From the NCBI GenBank assembly GCA_963744995.1, contig CAVUWA010000009.1, positions 288,001 through 352,000 of the forward strand: a DNA stretch of 64,000 nucleotides, written 5' to 3'. This stretch comes from Candidatus Eiseniibacteriota bacterium. GTDB taxonomy: Bacteria > Eisenbacteria > RBG-16-71-46. Positions within the stretch are counted from its first letter, which is position 1. Each line of letters begins with the position of its first letter. Both the position numbers and the translations under genes were made by a program. The notes under the pieces are model-generated. The model ran no database searches, had not been told where the DNA came from, and saw nothing but the letters and a program-made list of their open reading frames with translations. Below, piece after piece: positions 20,020 to 28,446 of this stretch.

Positions 20020-20379
20020 TCAGCGGAACAGCGAGTGCGTGACGAGGCCCGCGACGCCCGCGCCGGCGAGATCCGCGGCAAGGTCACCCCAGTCGAACCG
20101 ATCGGTGCCGGCGTCCACGCACTCCTTGCCGAAGCCGAGCGCCGCGGCCGCGACGATCGCCACGCCCGGGCTGCGGCTCGCCAGCCCCGCGCCCGCGCCG
20201 AGGGTCAGCGCGAGCGACGCGTGCTGGAGACGGTCCTCCCGGAACATCCCCGTCTGGAAGGCACGCCAGTGCGGCCCGGGCAGGGGAGGATCCGCCGGCT
20301 CGGCGCGCACCGTGGCCGCGGGAGCCGCGAGTGCGGCGAGCACGCAGGCGAGCACGAAAGAAGCTCCAAGGTGGCGCAT
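20020..20379 (-). CDS. YfiM/DUF2279-like exported or membrane protein
   Basis: Signal peptide; DRLQH, GKECVD, FDWGDLAADLAG motifs; the only convincing minus-strand gene. Confidence 0.65.
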   Translation of the reverse strand: MRHLGASFVLACVLAALAAPAATVRAEPADPPLPGPHWRAFQTGMFREDRLQHASLALTLGAGAGLASRSPGVAIVAAAALGFGKECVDAGTDRFDWGDLAADLAGAGVAGLVTHSLFR

Positions 20380-20407
20380 GGGGGAAGGTCATGAAGGAAA
20401 GCGCGCC

Positions 20408-21823
20408 ATGACGCAAGCGGGAAACGCGGCGCGCGTCGCCGCCGCGCGGGCCCGCCTCGAATCGGCCGCCTGGCCCGCGGCCCTGCGCGCGGCGCTCGCC
20501 ACCTTGCGGGCCGGCGGACACCAGGCCCTGCTCGTGGGCGGAACCGTGCGCGACGCGCTGCTCGGCCGCCGCGGCGGCGCCGCGTTCGACGTCGCCACCG
20601 ACCGCACCCCGGAGGAGGTGCTGCATCTCTTTGCGCGGGTCGAGCCCATCGGGCTCCGGCACGGGACGGTGCTGGTGATCGCGGACGAGGTGCGCATCGA
20701 GTGCACGACGATGCGCACGGAGGGTCCCTACCACGACGCACGGCGTCCCGCGCACGTGACGTTCACACGGGATCCGCTCGCCGACCTCGCGCGGCGCGAC
20801 CTGACCGTGAACGCGATCGCGTGGGATCCCGGCGCGGCTCGCCTGCTCGATCCGTTCGGCGGGCTCGCCGACCTCGAGGCCCGCGTGCTGCGTGCGGTCG
20901 GCGATCCGCGCGATCGCTTTCTGGAGGATGCCCTTCGGCCGCTGCGTGTGGCGCGCTTCGCGGCGACGCTCGAGATGACCCCGGAGCCCGATACCGCCGC
21001 CGCACTCGGGGTGGCGCTGGAGCGTGCGGAGGGTCTCGCCGCGGAGCGGATCCGCGACGAGCTCTGCGCCCTGATGACGGCGCGCGCGCCCTCCACGGGG
21101 CTGGATCTCCTGCACGCGAGCGGGTGGCTCGCCCGCGTGCTGCCCGAGCTCGATGCCTGCGCGGGCGTCACGCAGAACCGCCATCACGCGCACGACGTCT
21201 ACCGGCACTCGCTCCGGGTGTGCGATGCCGCGCCGGCGGCCTGGCCGGTGGTGCGCTGGGCGGCCCTGCTGCACGACATCGGCAAGCCCGTCACCCGTGC
21301 CGGGGCCGAAGGCCATGCCACGTTCTACGGCCACGCCGTGGCGGGCGCGCGTCTCGCGGCGGTGCGGCTCGAGGCATTGCGGTTCCCGGCGGCGCAGCGC
21401 GAGCGCATCGTGCACCTCGTGCGGGAGCACATGTTCGACTACCGCGAGGCGTGGAGCGATGCCGCCGTGCGGCGCTGGCTGCGGCGCGTCGGCCTGGAAC
21501 AGCTCGAGGCGCTGTTCGCCCTGCGCGCCGCCGACGTGGCCGGCACCGGCGTGCCGTCGAGTGCGCCGTCGCTGGAGGCGCTGCGCGCACGCATCGACCG
21601 CGTGCTCGCCGCCTCGCGCGTGATCGGGGTGCGCGACCTGCCGATCGACGGCGAGGACGTCATGCGGGTGACCGGACTTGCGCCCGGACCGGAGGTCGGA
21701 CGGCTGCTGCGCGCCGCGCTGGAGAGTGCGATCGAGAACCCGGCGCACGCGTCGCGCGAAGCGCTGCTGGAGCGCGTTCGAAGCATGTGCAGGAGCGCGC
21801 GCAGCGCACCGCGCCGACCTTGA
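20408..21823 (+). CDS. cca: CCA-adding/poly(A) polymerase family nucleotidyltransferase with HD domain
   Basis: LVGGTVRDALL, DLARRDLTVNA, EDALRPLR, LLHDIGK; SD AAGGA; first Asp of DxD is missing (see findings). Confidence 0.8.
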   Translation: MTQAGNAARVAAARARLESAAWPAALRAALATLRAGGHQALLVGGTVRDALLGRRGGAAFDVATDRTPEEVLHLFARVEPIGLRHGTVLVIADEVRIECTTMRTEGPYHDARRPAHVTFTRDPLADLARRDLTVNAIAWDPGAARLLDPFGGLADLEARVLRAVGDPRDRFLEDALRPLRVARFAATLEMTPEPDTAAALGVALERAEGLAAERIRDELCALMTARAPSTGLDLLHASGWLARVLPELDACAGVTQNRHHAHDVYRHSLRVCDAAPAAWPVVRWAALLHDIGKPVTRAGAEGHATFYGHAVAGARLAAVRLEALRFPAAQRERIVHLVREHMFDYREAWSDAAVRRWLRRVGLEQLEALFALRAADVAGTGVPSSAPSLEALRARIDRVLAASRVIGVRDLPIDGEDVMRVTGLAPGPEVGRLLRAALESAIENPAHASREALLERVRSMCRSARSAPRRP

Positions 21824-21849
21824 CACCTTCTTTGCAGCCCTCGTATCCT
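21820..21849 (+). promoter_or_regulatory. sigma70-type promoter
   Basis: TTGACA (21820-21825), 18-nt spacer, TATCCT (21844-21849). Confidence 0.65.
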
Positions 21850-21908
21850 CGCTCGCGCAATCGTTTGTCCACCCTCCGCGCCGATGTTCCTTTTCCGCGA
21901 ACCCCGTC

Positions 21909-22889
21909 ATGTCCGTGACCGTCGTGCAGAAGCCCGTCCGCCGCGAGCTGGAGCGCGTTCAATCGCGCCTCCGCGAGCTGTTCCGCACCCCGATCCCGAT
22001 CCTGAACCAGGTGGGCGGGCACGTGCTGGCGACGCGCGGCAAGAAGCTGCGGCCGACCATGCTGCTGCTGGTGGCGCGGTTGCGCGGCCACCTCGGCGCA
22101 GATGCGGTGCTGTGCGCTACGGTGATCGAGATGGTGCACGCCGCTGCGCTGATCCACGACGATTCGGTGGACCGCAGCGGTCTCCGTCGCGGCATGCCGA
22201 CGGTCAACGGTCTGTGGACCGACGAGATGGCGATCATCATGGGTGACTACCTCTACGCGCAGGCGATGTCGATGCTGGTCGAGAACGATCAGGACACCGC
22301 GATGAAGGTGCTGGCGCGCGTCGTGACCGAGATGTCGTGCGGAGAAGCGCTCGAGTTCCAGTACGCGCACAATCTCGACGTCACCGAGACGCAGTACGAA
22401 GAGCTGATGCGGGCGAAGACCGGCTCGCTGTTCGGTGCGGCGACCGAGATCGGCGCCGGCCTGAACGGCGGTGGCCGCAACATGAAGCGCCGCGAGCGCT
22501 ACCGCGAGTTCGGCGAGCGGGTCGGCGTCGCGTTCCAGATCGTGGACGATCTGTTCGACTACCTGAGCGAACCGGAGACCGCCGGCAAGCCCGTGGGGTA
22601 TGACCTCGCCGAGGGCAAGGTCACGCTGCCGCTGATCGCGGCGCTGCGCTCGGCTTCCGAGCGCGACCGCAAGGCGCTCACCGCGCTGGCCGGGCGCAAG
22701 CGCTGGACCCGGGCGCAGTGGGCCCGGCTGTGTGCGCTGATCGAGCGCTCAGGCGGCTTCGAGTACGCCAGGCGGCGTGCGCAGACACTGGCGGCGTCGT
22801 CGCGCGACGTGCTGGAACGGGAGCCGGACAACGCCGCGCGACGCGCCCTCTATCACGCGATCGACTATTCCGTCGAGCGCACGCATTGA
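21909..22889 (+). CDS. polyprenyl diphosphate synthase (IspB/HepT-like)
   Basis: GKKLRP, LIHDDSVD (FARM), LRRG, FQIVDDLFD (SARM), DLAEGKVTLPLI. Confidence 0.92.
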   Translation: MSVTVVQKPVRRELERVQSRLRELFRTPIPILNQVGGHVLATRGKKLRPTMLLLVARLRGHLGADAVLCATVIEMVHAAALIHDDSVDRSGLRRGMPTVNGLWTDEMAIIMGDYLYAQAMSMLVENDQDTAMKVLARVVTEMSCGEALEFQYAHNLDVTETQYEELMRAKTGSLFGAATEIGAGLNGGGRNMKRRERYREFGERVGVAFQIVDDLFDYLSEPETAGKPVGYDLAEGKVTLPLIAALRSASERDRKALTALAGRKRWTRAQWARLCALIERSGGFEYARRRAQTLAASSRDVLEREPDNAARRALYHAIDYSVERTH

Positions 22890-22914
22890 CGCCGTCCGGA
22901 CCCGCGCGCATCCG

Positions 22915-23301
22915 TTGACCGGCCAGGCGAAGCCCCGGATCCCGCTCGAAGGAGCGGAGGTGCTGCAGCGCGCCGCGCACGCGGCGGCGTCCAAGAAGGC
23001 GACCGAGCTGGTAGCGCTCGATCTGCGCGATCTCGACGGCGTCGCCGACTACTTCCTCATCTGCAGCGCTGCGAGCGAAGTGCAGGTCAAGGCGGTGGCG
23101 GAGGCGGTCGAGGACGGGCTGCGCGCCGACGGCGTCAGGCCGTGGCACGTCGAGGGCCGTGAGGGCCGGCGCTGGGTGCTGCTCGATTACGTCGAGGTGG
23201 TGGTGCACGTCTTCCATGAGAAGACCCGGGAGTACTACATGCTGGATCGTCTGTGGGGAGATGCACGGAGCGTGGATCTTGGTCTGGAAGCGGCTGACTG
23301 A
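22915..23301 (+). CDS. rsfS: ribosome silencing factor RsfS (Iojap); start uncertain
   Basis: KKA...DYFLICS...QVKA, EG...WVLLDYVEVVVHVF...REYYMLDRLW. Confidence 0.9.
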   Translation: MTGQAKPRIPLEGAEVLQRAAHAAASKKATELVALDLRDLDGVADYFLICSAASEVQVKAVAEAVEDGLRADGVRPWHVEGREGRRWVLLDYVEVVVHVFHEKTREYYMLDRLWGDARSVDLGLEAAD

Positions 23302-25024
23302 GGGGCTCGAACAGGCGCTGCGCGCGACCGGTATCTGGACGCCGGAGCGGGCGGCGCGCATCGAGTTCGCGATCCCGCGCGACAGCGCGCACGGCGACTG
23401 GACCACCAATCTCGCCATGGTGCTGGCGAAGGAGCTGCGACAGCCGCCGCGCGGGCTGGCCGAACAGCTGGCGGCGGCGTTTCCCGCCGATCCGGAGCTG
23501 TTCGAGCGCGTGGACGTGGCGGGCGCCGGGTTCGTGAATTTCACCTATGCGGAAGCCTTTCTGCGTGCGCTGCCGGGGCGTGTGGTCGACGCGGGCGCGC
23601 GTTTCGGCGAGAGCGCGGCGGGGAACGGCTCGCGGGTGCTGATCGAGTACGTGAGCGCGAACCCGACCGGGCCGCTCAACGTGGTGAGCGCGCGCGCCGC
23701 GGCGGTCGGCGCGGCGCTGGTGCGCCTGCTGCGCGCGACGGGGCATGCCGCGGAAGGCGAGTTCTACGTGAACGATGCAGGCACGCAGGTGGACCTGCTC
23801 GGCGCCTCGCTCGCGGCACGCTTCGCGCAGCGGCTGGGAGCCGACCGGCCGCTGCCCGAGGGCGGCTATCAGGGCGCCTACCTGGCCGACATCGCCGAAG
23901 CCCTGCCGGAAGCCGAAGCGCGCGCGGCGCTCGGCCGCGCGGACGAGGCGGCCTGGTTCAGGGACCAGGCCCTGGCGCGCATGCTGGCCTGGCAGAAGCG
24001 CGACCTGGACGCCTACGGCGCCGAGTTCGCGCACTGGTTCAGAGAGTCGCAGCTGCACACGTCGGGGGCGGTGGAGGAGACCCTCGCCGCGCTCGAAGCG
24101 CGCGGCATGACGTATCGTGCGTCGGCCCCGGAGGTCGACCGCACGGGCGGGATCCGCAAGGATCGCGAGCATGAGGACGACGACGAAGCCGGCGCGGCTG
24201 CGGGCGAAGCCACCTATCTCCGGACCACACGATTCGGCGACGACGTCGACCGGGTCGTGATGCGTTCGAACGGCGCGCCGACCTATCTGCTTCCCGACAT
24301 CGCCTACCATCGCCACAAGCGCGCGCGCGGCTTCCGCCACGCGATCGACCTCTGGGGCCCGGATCACCACGGCTACGTGCCGCGGATGAAGGCGGCGCTG
24401 CAGGCGATGGGGCTCGAGGAGGATTTTCTCGACGTGATCATCGTCCAGCAGGTGAACCTCCTGTCCGGCGGCCAGCCGGTGAAGATGAGCAAACGTGCCG
24501 GCGAGTTCATCACCCTGCGTGATCTGATCGACGACGTGGGCGCCGATCCGGCGAAGTTCTTCTTCCTGATGCGCTCGACCAGCTCGCACCTGGACTTCGA
24601 CATGGATCTCGCGCGGCGGCAGAGCGACGAGAACCCGGCCTACTACGTGCAGTACGCGCATGCGCGCATCGCCTCGGTGCTGCGCTACGCGCGCGAGCAG
24701 GGTTTCGTGGGCGGCGCACCCGAGGCGCCCTACGACGCGGTCGAAGAGCAGCTGCTGCTGCGCAAGATCGCGGCGTTCCCCGAAGTCGTGCGGGGCGCCG
24801 CCGCGGCGCGCGAGCCGCACCGCATTCCGACCTACCTGGTGGAGCTCGCCGGGATCTTCCACCGCTTCTACCACGCCTGCCGCGTGGTCTCGGACGACAC
24901 GGCACGCACGCGCGCACGGCTCCAGCTGTGCGAAGCGGCGCGCGTCGTGGTGCGCAACGGGCTCGGACTCCTGGGCGTGAGCGCCCCCGAACGCATGGAG
25001 CGGGCGGCGGAGGCCCTGTCGTGA
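23261..25024 (+). CDS. argS: arginine-tRNA ligase; start uncertain (23261 or 23279)
   Basis: HGDWTTNLAM, EYVSANPTGPL, EFYVNDAG, WGPDHHGY, KMSKRAG, NPAYYVQYAHARI. Confidence 0.95.
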   Translation: MHGAWILVWKRLTEGLEQALRATGIWTPERAARIEFAIPRDSAHGDWTTNLAMVLAKELRQPPRGLAEQLAAAFPADPELFERVDVAGAGFVNFTYAEAFLRALPGRVVDAGARFGESAAGNGSRVLIEYVSANPTGPLNVVSARAAAVGAALVRLLRATGHAAEGEFYVNDAGTQVDLLGASLAARFAQRLGADRPLPEGGYQGAYLADIAEALPEAEARAALGRADEAAWFRDQALARMLAWQKRDLDAYGAEFAHWFRESQLHTSGAVEETLAALEARGMTYRASAPEVDRTGGIRKDREHEDDDEAGAAAGEATYLRTTRFGDDVDRVVMRSNGAPTYLLPDIAYHRHKRARGFRHAIDLWGPDHHGYVPRMKAALQAMGLEEDFLDVIIVQQVNLLSGGQPVKMSKRAGEFITLRDLIDDVGADPAKFFFLMRSTSSHLDFDMDLARRQSDENPAYYVQYAHARIASVLRYAREQGFVGGAPEAPYDAVEEQLLLRKIAAFPEVVRGAAAAREPHRIPTYLVELAGIFHRFYHACRVVSDDTARTRARLQLCEAARVVVRNGLGLLGVSAPERMERAAEALS

Positions 25025-25962
25025 GCGCGGCCCCGAAGATCCTCGTGGTGGGATCGGTGGCGCTCGACACCGTGCGCACGCCCTACGGCGAGGCCGAGAA
25101 CGCGCTCGGCGGGTCGGCGTCGTATTTCTCGTTCTCGGCCAGCCACTTCTCCCCGGTGAGCCTGGTGGCGGTGGTGGGCCGGGACTTCCCGGCCGAACAC
25201 CGCGCGCTCTTCGAATCGCGCGGGGTGGACCTCACCGGTCTCGAGACCGCGGACGGCGAGACGTTCCGCTGGCGCGGCGAGTACATGGCCGAACTCGGCC
25301 ACGCGCACACGCTGGAAACGCGGCTCAACGTGTTCTCGGCGTTCCAGCCCAAACTGCTCGACGCGCACCGTGACGCCGACTTCGTCTTTCTCGCCAACAT
25401 CGATCCCGAGTTGCAGCTGCACGTGCTCCAGCAGGTGCGCAAGCCGAAGATCGTGATCTCGGACACGATGGACTACTGGATCGCGCGCAAGCCGGATCGC
25501 GTGCTCGACGTCCTGCGCGAGGTGCAGATCGCGATGCTGAACGAGGAGGAGGCGCGGGCGCTGGCGGGCGAGAGCCAGATCGTCAAAGCCGCCGATCGGC
25601 TGCTCGAACAGGGCGCGCGCGCGGTGATCATCAAGAAGGGTGAGCACGGTGCCTACTATCAGTCCCGCGACGAGCGGTTCATCGCACCGGCGTACCCGGT
25701 CGAGGCGCTGACCGATCCGACCGGTGCGGGCGATTCGTTCGCGGGCGGCTTCCTGGGCTGGCTCGCGCGCTCGGGTCGGACCGATGGCGACTCGTTGCGC
25801 CAGGCGCTGGTCTGCGGCGCCGCCATGGCCTCGCTGGCGATCGAGTCCTTCAGCCCGGTGCGGCTGATCGAGACCAGCACGGGCGAGATCGACCTGCGGG
25901 TCGAGCGCCTGCACCGGATGGTCCATTTCGATCTTCAGCCCCTCTTCCAAGACTTGGAGTGA
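25021..25962 (+). CDS. PfkB family carbohydrate/nucleoside kinase
   Basis: GSVALD, LGGSASY, DPTGAGDSFAGG. Confidence 0.9.
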   Translation: MSAAPKILVVGSVALDTVRTPYGEAENALGGSASYFSFSASHFSPVSLVAVVGRDFPAEHRALFESRGVDLTGLETADGETFRWRGEYMAELGHAHTLETRLNVFSAFQPKLLDAHRDADFVFLANIDPELQLHVLQQVRKPKIVISDTMDYWIARKPDRVLDVLREVQIAMLNEEEARALAGESQIVKAADRLLEQGARAVIIKKGEHGAYYQSRDERFIAPAYPVEALTDPTGAGDSFAGGFLGWLARSGRTDGDSLRQALVCGAAMASLAIESFSPVRLIETSTGEIDLRVERLHRMVHFDLQPLFQDLE

Positions 25963-25968
25963 ACGCCG

Positions 25969-25997
25969 TAGAAACAGGCCAATGCGTATGTTAGACT
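25969..25997 (+). promoter_or_regulatory. probable extended -10 promoter of the hypothetical/peptide/HD-GYP locus
   Basis: TG-t-TAGACT (25989-25997) with TAGAAA 17 nt upstream, in an AT-richer intergenic gap. Confidence 0.5.
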
Positions 25998-26039
25998 CCC
26001 GGTCCCCAACGATTTTCCACTTCTGCGGAGGGCTGCATC

Positions 26040-26870
26040 GTGGCCGTTGACGCTTTCGGACCGGGCTTCTCGCACAAGGCCGAGGCCGCGCTGCGCGAGC
26101 TGCGTGACGTGGATGGCGTGAGCCTGCAGATGCACGGCGAGAAGGTGAGCGAAATCCACGTCGAGACGCGCTCGCGGCGTCCGGCGAAGCAGATCGTCCG
26201 CGACGTGCAGACGATCCTGCGGACCCGATTCGGTCACCAGATCGACCATCGCGTGGTGTCGGTGGCCTATACCGAGGCGCCGCCGGTGGGACCGGTGGCG
26301 TCCACGCCGGCCGCGCACGCCGAGCACGCCGCCCCCGTGCCTTCCGCCGCGCCGCAGGCGGCGCCGGCCGCCCCCGCGCCTTCCGGCGCCGGCGCGCCGC
26401 GCGCGGCGGTCGAGCCGGACGAACGCATGCGCTTCGAGAGCGTGAACGTGTTCGTCTCGGGACCCCGGGTGCAGGCCCAGGTCGAGCTGCGCTGGAAGGG
26501 GCTCTCGCGGGTGGGCTCGGCGAGCGGGCTCACCAGCCGGGACGCCGCCGGGGCGCTGGTCGCGGCCGCGACCGTGGCCGCCATTCAGGAGTTCCTCGAA
26601 GACGACTTCGGTCTCGGCCGGGCCGAAGTGGCGGATTTGCGTCTCGGGGGCCACGAGGTCAAGATCGTGGCCGTTCCGCTGGTGGCGCACCGCATGGAAA
26701 AAGTGCTGGTGGGAAGCTGCACGGTGGAGCAGGATGCGCAGCAGGCGGTGGTCCTTGCCACGCTGGCCGCCGTCAACCGGGTGCTCGGTGGACTGCGGGC
26801 CCGGGAGCCGATCGAATACGTCTTGAGACCGACATCACGTGAGGAGGCGAGCGGAGCGAAACGAGAGTAA
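26040..26870 (+). CDS. uncharacterised two-domain cytoplasmic protein
   Basis: SD GGAGG; N-domain EIHV...PAKQIVRDVQT...IDHRVVSVA, Pro/Ala linker, C-domain ending QAVVLATLAAVNR. Confidence 0.85.
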   Translation: MAVDAFGPGFSHKAEAALRELRDVDGVSLQMHGEKVSEIHVETRSRRPAKQIVRDVQTILRTRFGHQIDHRVVSVAYTEAPPVGPVASTPAAHAEHAAPVPSAAPQAAPAAPAPSGAGAPRAAVEPDERMRFESVNVFVSGPRVQAQVELRWKGLSRVGSASGLTSRDAAGALVAAATVAAIQEFLEDDFGLGRAEVADLRLGGHEVKIVAVPLVAHRMEKVLVGSCTVEQDAQQAVVLATLAAVNRVLGGLRAREPIEYVLRPTSREEASGAKRE

Positions 26871-26952
26871 AAGGCATCGAAGCGACCTCACCTGTCGTAT
26901 GGAAGCGTTGAACCTTCCATCAACAGAATCACCCTAAAAGGAGGTGAGCGTC

Positions 26953-27003
26953 GTGGATCTGATCCTCGCACTCGTCAATTTCTTCGGTAAGGCCGGCTGG
27001 TAA
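26953..27003 (+). CDS. small hydrophobic peptide MDLILALVNFFGKAGW (16 aa; below the ORF-track cutoff)
   Basis: AAAGGAGGTGA (26937-26947), GTG start 8 nt after GGAGG, TAA stop; sits in an otherwise empty 250-nt gap and is followed by a hairpin. Confidence 0.75.
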   Translation: MDLILALVNFFGKAGW

Positions 27004-27007
27004 TGCC

Positions 27008-27072
27008 CTGCCGGCTTGACCGGCAGAAGTTTCGCAACTGAACTCCGGCGTCGTTGTCGGTCTCACCTTTTT
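27008..27072 (+). terminator. hairpins and T-tract downstream of the peptide (possible terminator/attenuator or stabilising stem)
   Basis: CTGCCGG-cttga-CCGGCAG (27008-27026); CCGGCG-tcgt-TGTCGG followed by TCTCACCTTTTT. Confidence 0.4.
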
Positions 27073-27120
27073 CTCGAGCCCTCGCAGCAGCGAACCCGTC
27101 CCCGTAACGACGGATCGAAG

Positions 27121-28446
27121 GTGACGGAAGCGGCCGAATACAAGCACCCCCGCGCGTTTCGAATCTACCTCGCCGCGGTCGTGATCGCCGCCGCGGCATT
27201 CGCCGCGTCCGCGATTCCGGCGGCCGGCGCGCCGCACTGGCTGGCCATGGCGGTCGTGCTCGGCTTCCTGGTGGCCAGCGAGTGGAGCCCGGTCGAGTTG
27301 CCGGGCGGCGGCTACGGCACCCCGAGCACCATCCTCGATCTCCCCGCGCTGGTGATTCTCGGCCCGCTGTACGCGGCGCTGCTCGACGTCGTGAGCACCG
27401 TGGTCATGCAGGGCGTGGTGCTGCGCAAGTCGGCCGTGCGCGTGGTGCACAACGCCGCGATCTTCACGCTCACGTATTTCGCCGCCGCGGCCGCGTTCAC
27501 CGCAGCCGGCGGACGAATCGGTACGCTGCGGCTGCCCGGGGACATCGCGCCGCTGCTGCTCGCCGGGCTCACCTATTTCGCCTGCAACTCGATCTTCGTC
27601 TCCACCGTGCTCGGGCTGACCGCGGGACCGAATCCGTGGCGCGTGTGGCAGCGCAACTTCCTGTCCGGCCTGCTGCATCATCTGTCGTTCATCGCGCTCG
27701 GCGCGCTGGTCGCGGTGACCTATTTCGGGATCGGCGTGTGGGGGCTCGTGTTGTGCGCGATTCCGTACCTGGTCGCGCGGCACTCGTTCCGTCTCTACAT
27801 GGAGATCCGCTCGGATCTCAAGGAGTTCGTGCGCGCGCTCTCGGAGGTGCTGGAGGAGGTCGATCCCTACACGCGTCATCACTCGGTGCGGGTCTCGCAG
27901 TATGCGGTGCGGCTCGCGCGTGGCATGCGGCTCAAGGAGCCCGAGGTCGAGGAGATCGAATACGCGGCGCTGGTCCACGACCTCGGCAAGATCGGCCCGC
28001 AGCACCAGCACATTCTGCAGAAGCCGGGGTCGCTGACCTACGAGGAACAGCGCACGCTGCGCTCGCACCCCGGTGCAGGGGCCGACATCGTGGTGCGGGT
28101 GCGTGCGCTGCGGCGCGCCGCCGAGATCGTACGCAGCCACCACGAACGGCCGGATGGTCAGGGCTATCCGTACGGACTGCAGGCCGACGACGTTCCGCTC
28201 GGGGCGCGGATCCTGAACGTCGCCGACGCGTTCGACGCGATGACCTCGGACCGCCCGTACCGCCGCGCGCTGTCGATCGACGCGGCGCTGCGCGAGCTCA
28301 AACGCGGCGCCGGGACCCAGTTCGACGCCGGGGTCGTCGAGTGCCTGCTGCGGCTGCAGGCGCAGGGCCGCTTCGAGCTGGTGCCGAGCCCGAGCAGCGA
28401 GGACCTGCTGCTGCTGAAACTCAAACCCCGCAGGGCGCGGGCCTGA
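27121..28446 (+). CDS. membrane-bound HD-GYP domain protein (putative cyclic-dinucleotide phosphodiesterase)
   Basis: About 220-aa polytopic N-terminus; DPYTRHHSVRV, HDLGKIG, HHERPDGQGYP, ADAFDAMTSDRPYR; GTG 27121 preferred over TTG 27016. Confidence 0.9.
   Translation: MTEAAEYKHPRAFRIYLAAVVIAAAAFAASAIPAAGAPHWLAMAVVLGFLVASEWSPVELPGGGYGTPSTILDLPALVILGPLYAALLDVVSTVVMQGVVLRKSAVRVVHNAAIFTLTYFAAAAAFTAAGGRIGTLRLPGDIAPLLLAGLTYFACNSIFVSTVLGLTAGPNPWRVWQRNFLSGLLHHLSFIALGALVAVTYFGIGVWGLVLCAIPYLVARHSFRLYMEIRSDLKEFVRALSEVLEEVDPYTRHHSVRVSQYAVRLARGMRLKEPEVEEIEYAALVHDLGKIGPQHQHILQKPGSLTYEEQRTLRSHPGAGADIVVRVRALRRAAEIVRSHHERPDGQGYPYGLQADDVPLGARILNVADAFDAMTSDRPYRRALSIDAALRELKRGAGTQFDAGVVECLLRLQAQGRFELVPSPSSEDLLLLKLKPRRARA

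Noticed and set aside
21909..22889. Polyprenyl synthase as a ComQ-like Trp-prenylating enzyme for the 16-aa peptide
   Set aside because: It has both FARM and SARM of an ordinary chain-elongating synthase and lies 4 kb away in an operon with rsfS and argS.
27016..27120. TTG 27016 as start of the HD-GYP gene
   Set aside because: Lies in a hairpin loop with no SD, and the extension runs through the structured spacer; GTG 27121 fits better.
26870..27120. tRNA, known riboswitch or CRISPR repeat in the structured spacer
   Set aside because: No cloverleaf or T-loop, no riboswitch consensus that I recognise, no repeated units; an Rfam scan is still advisable.
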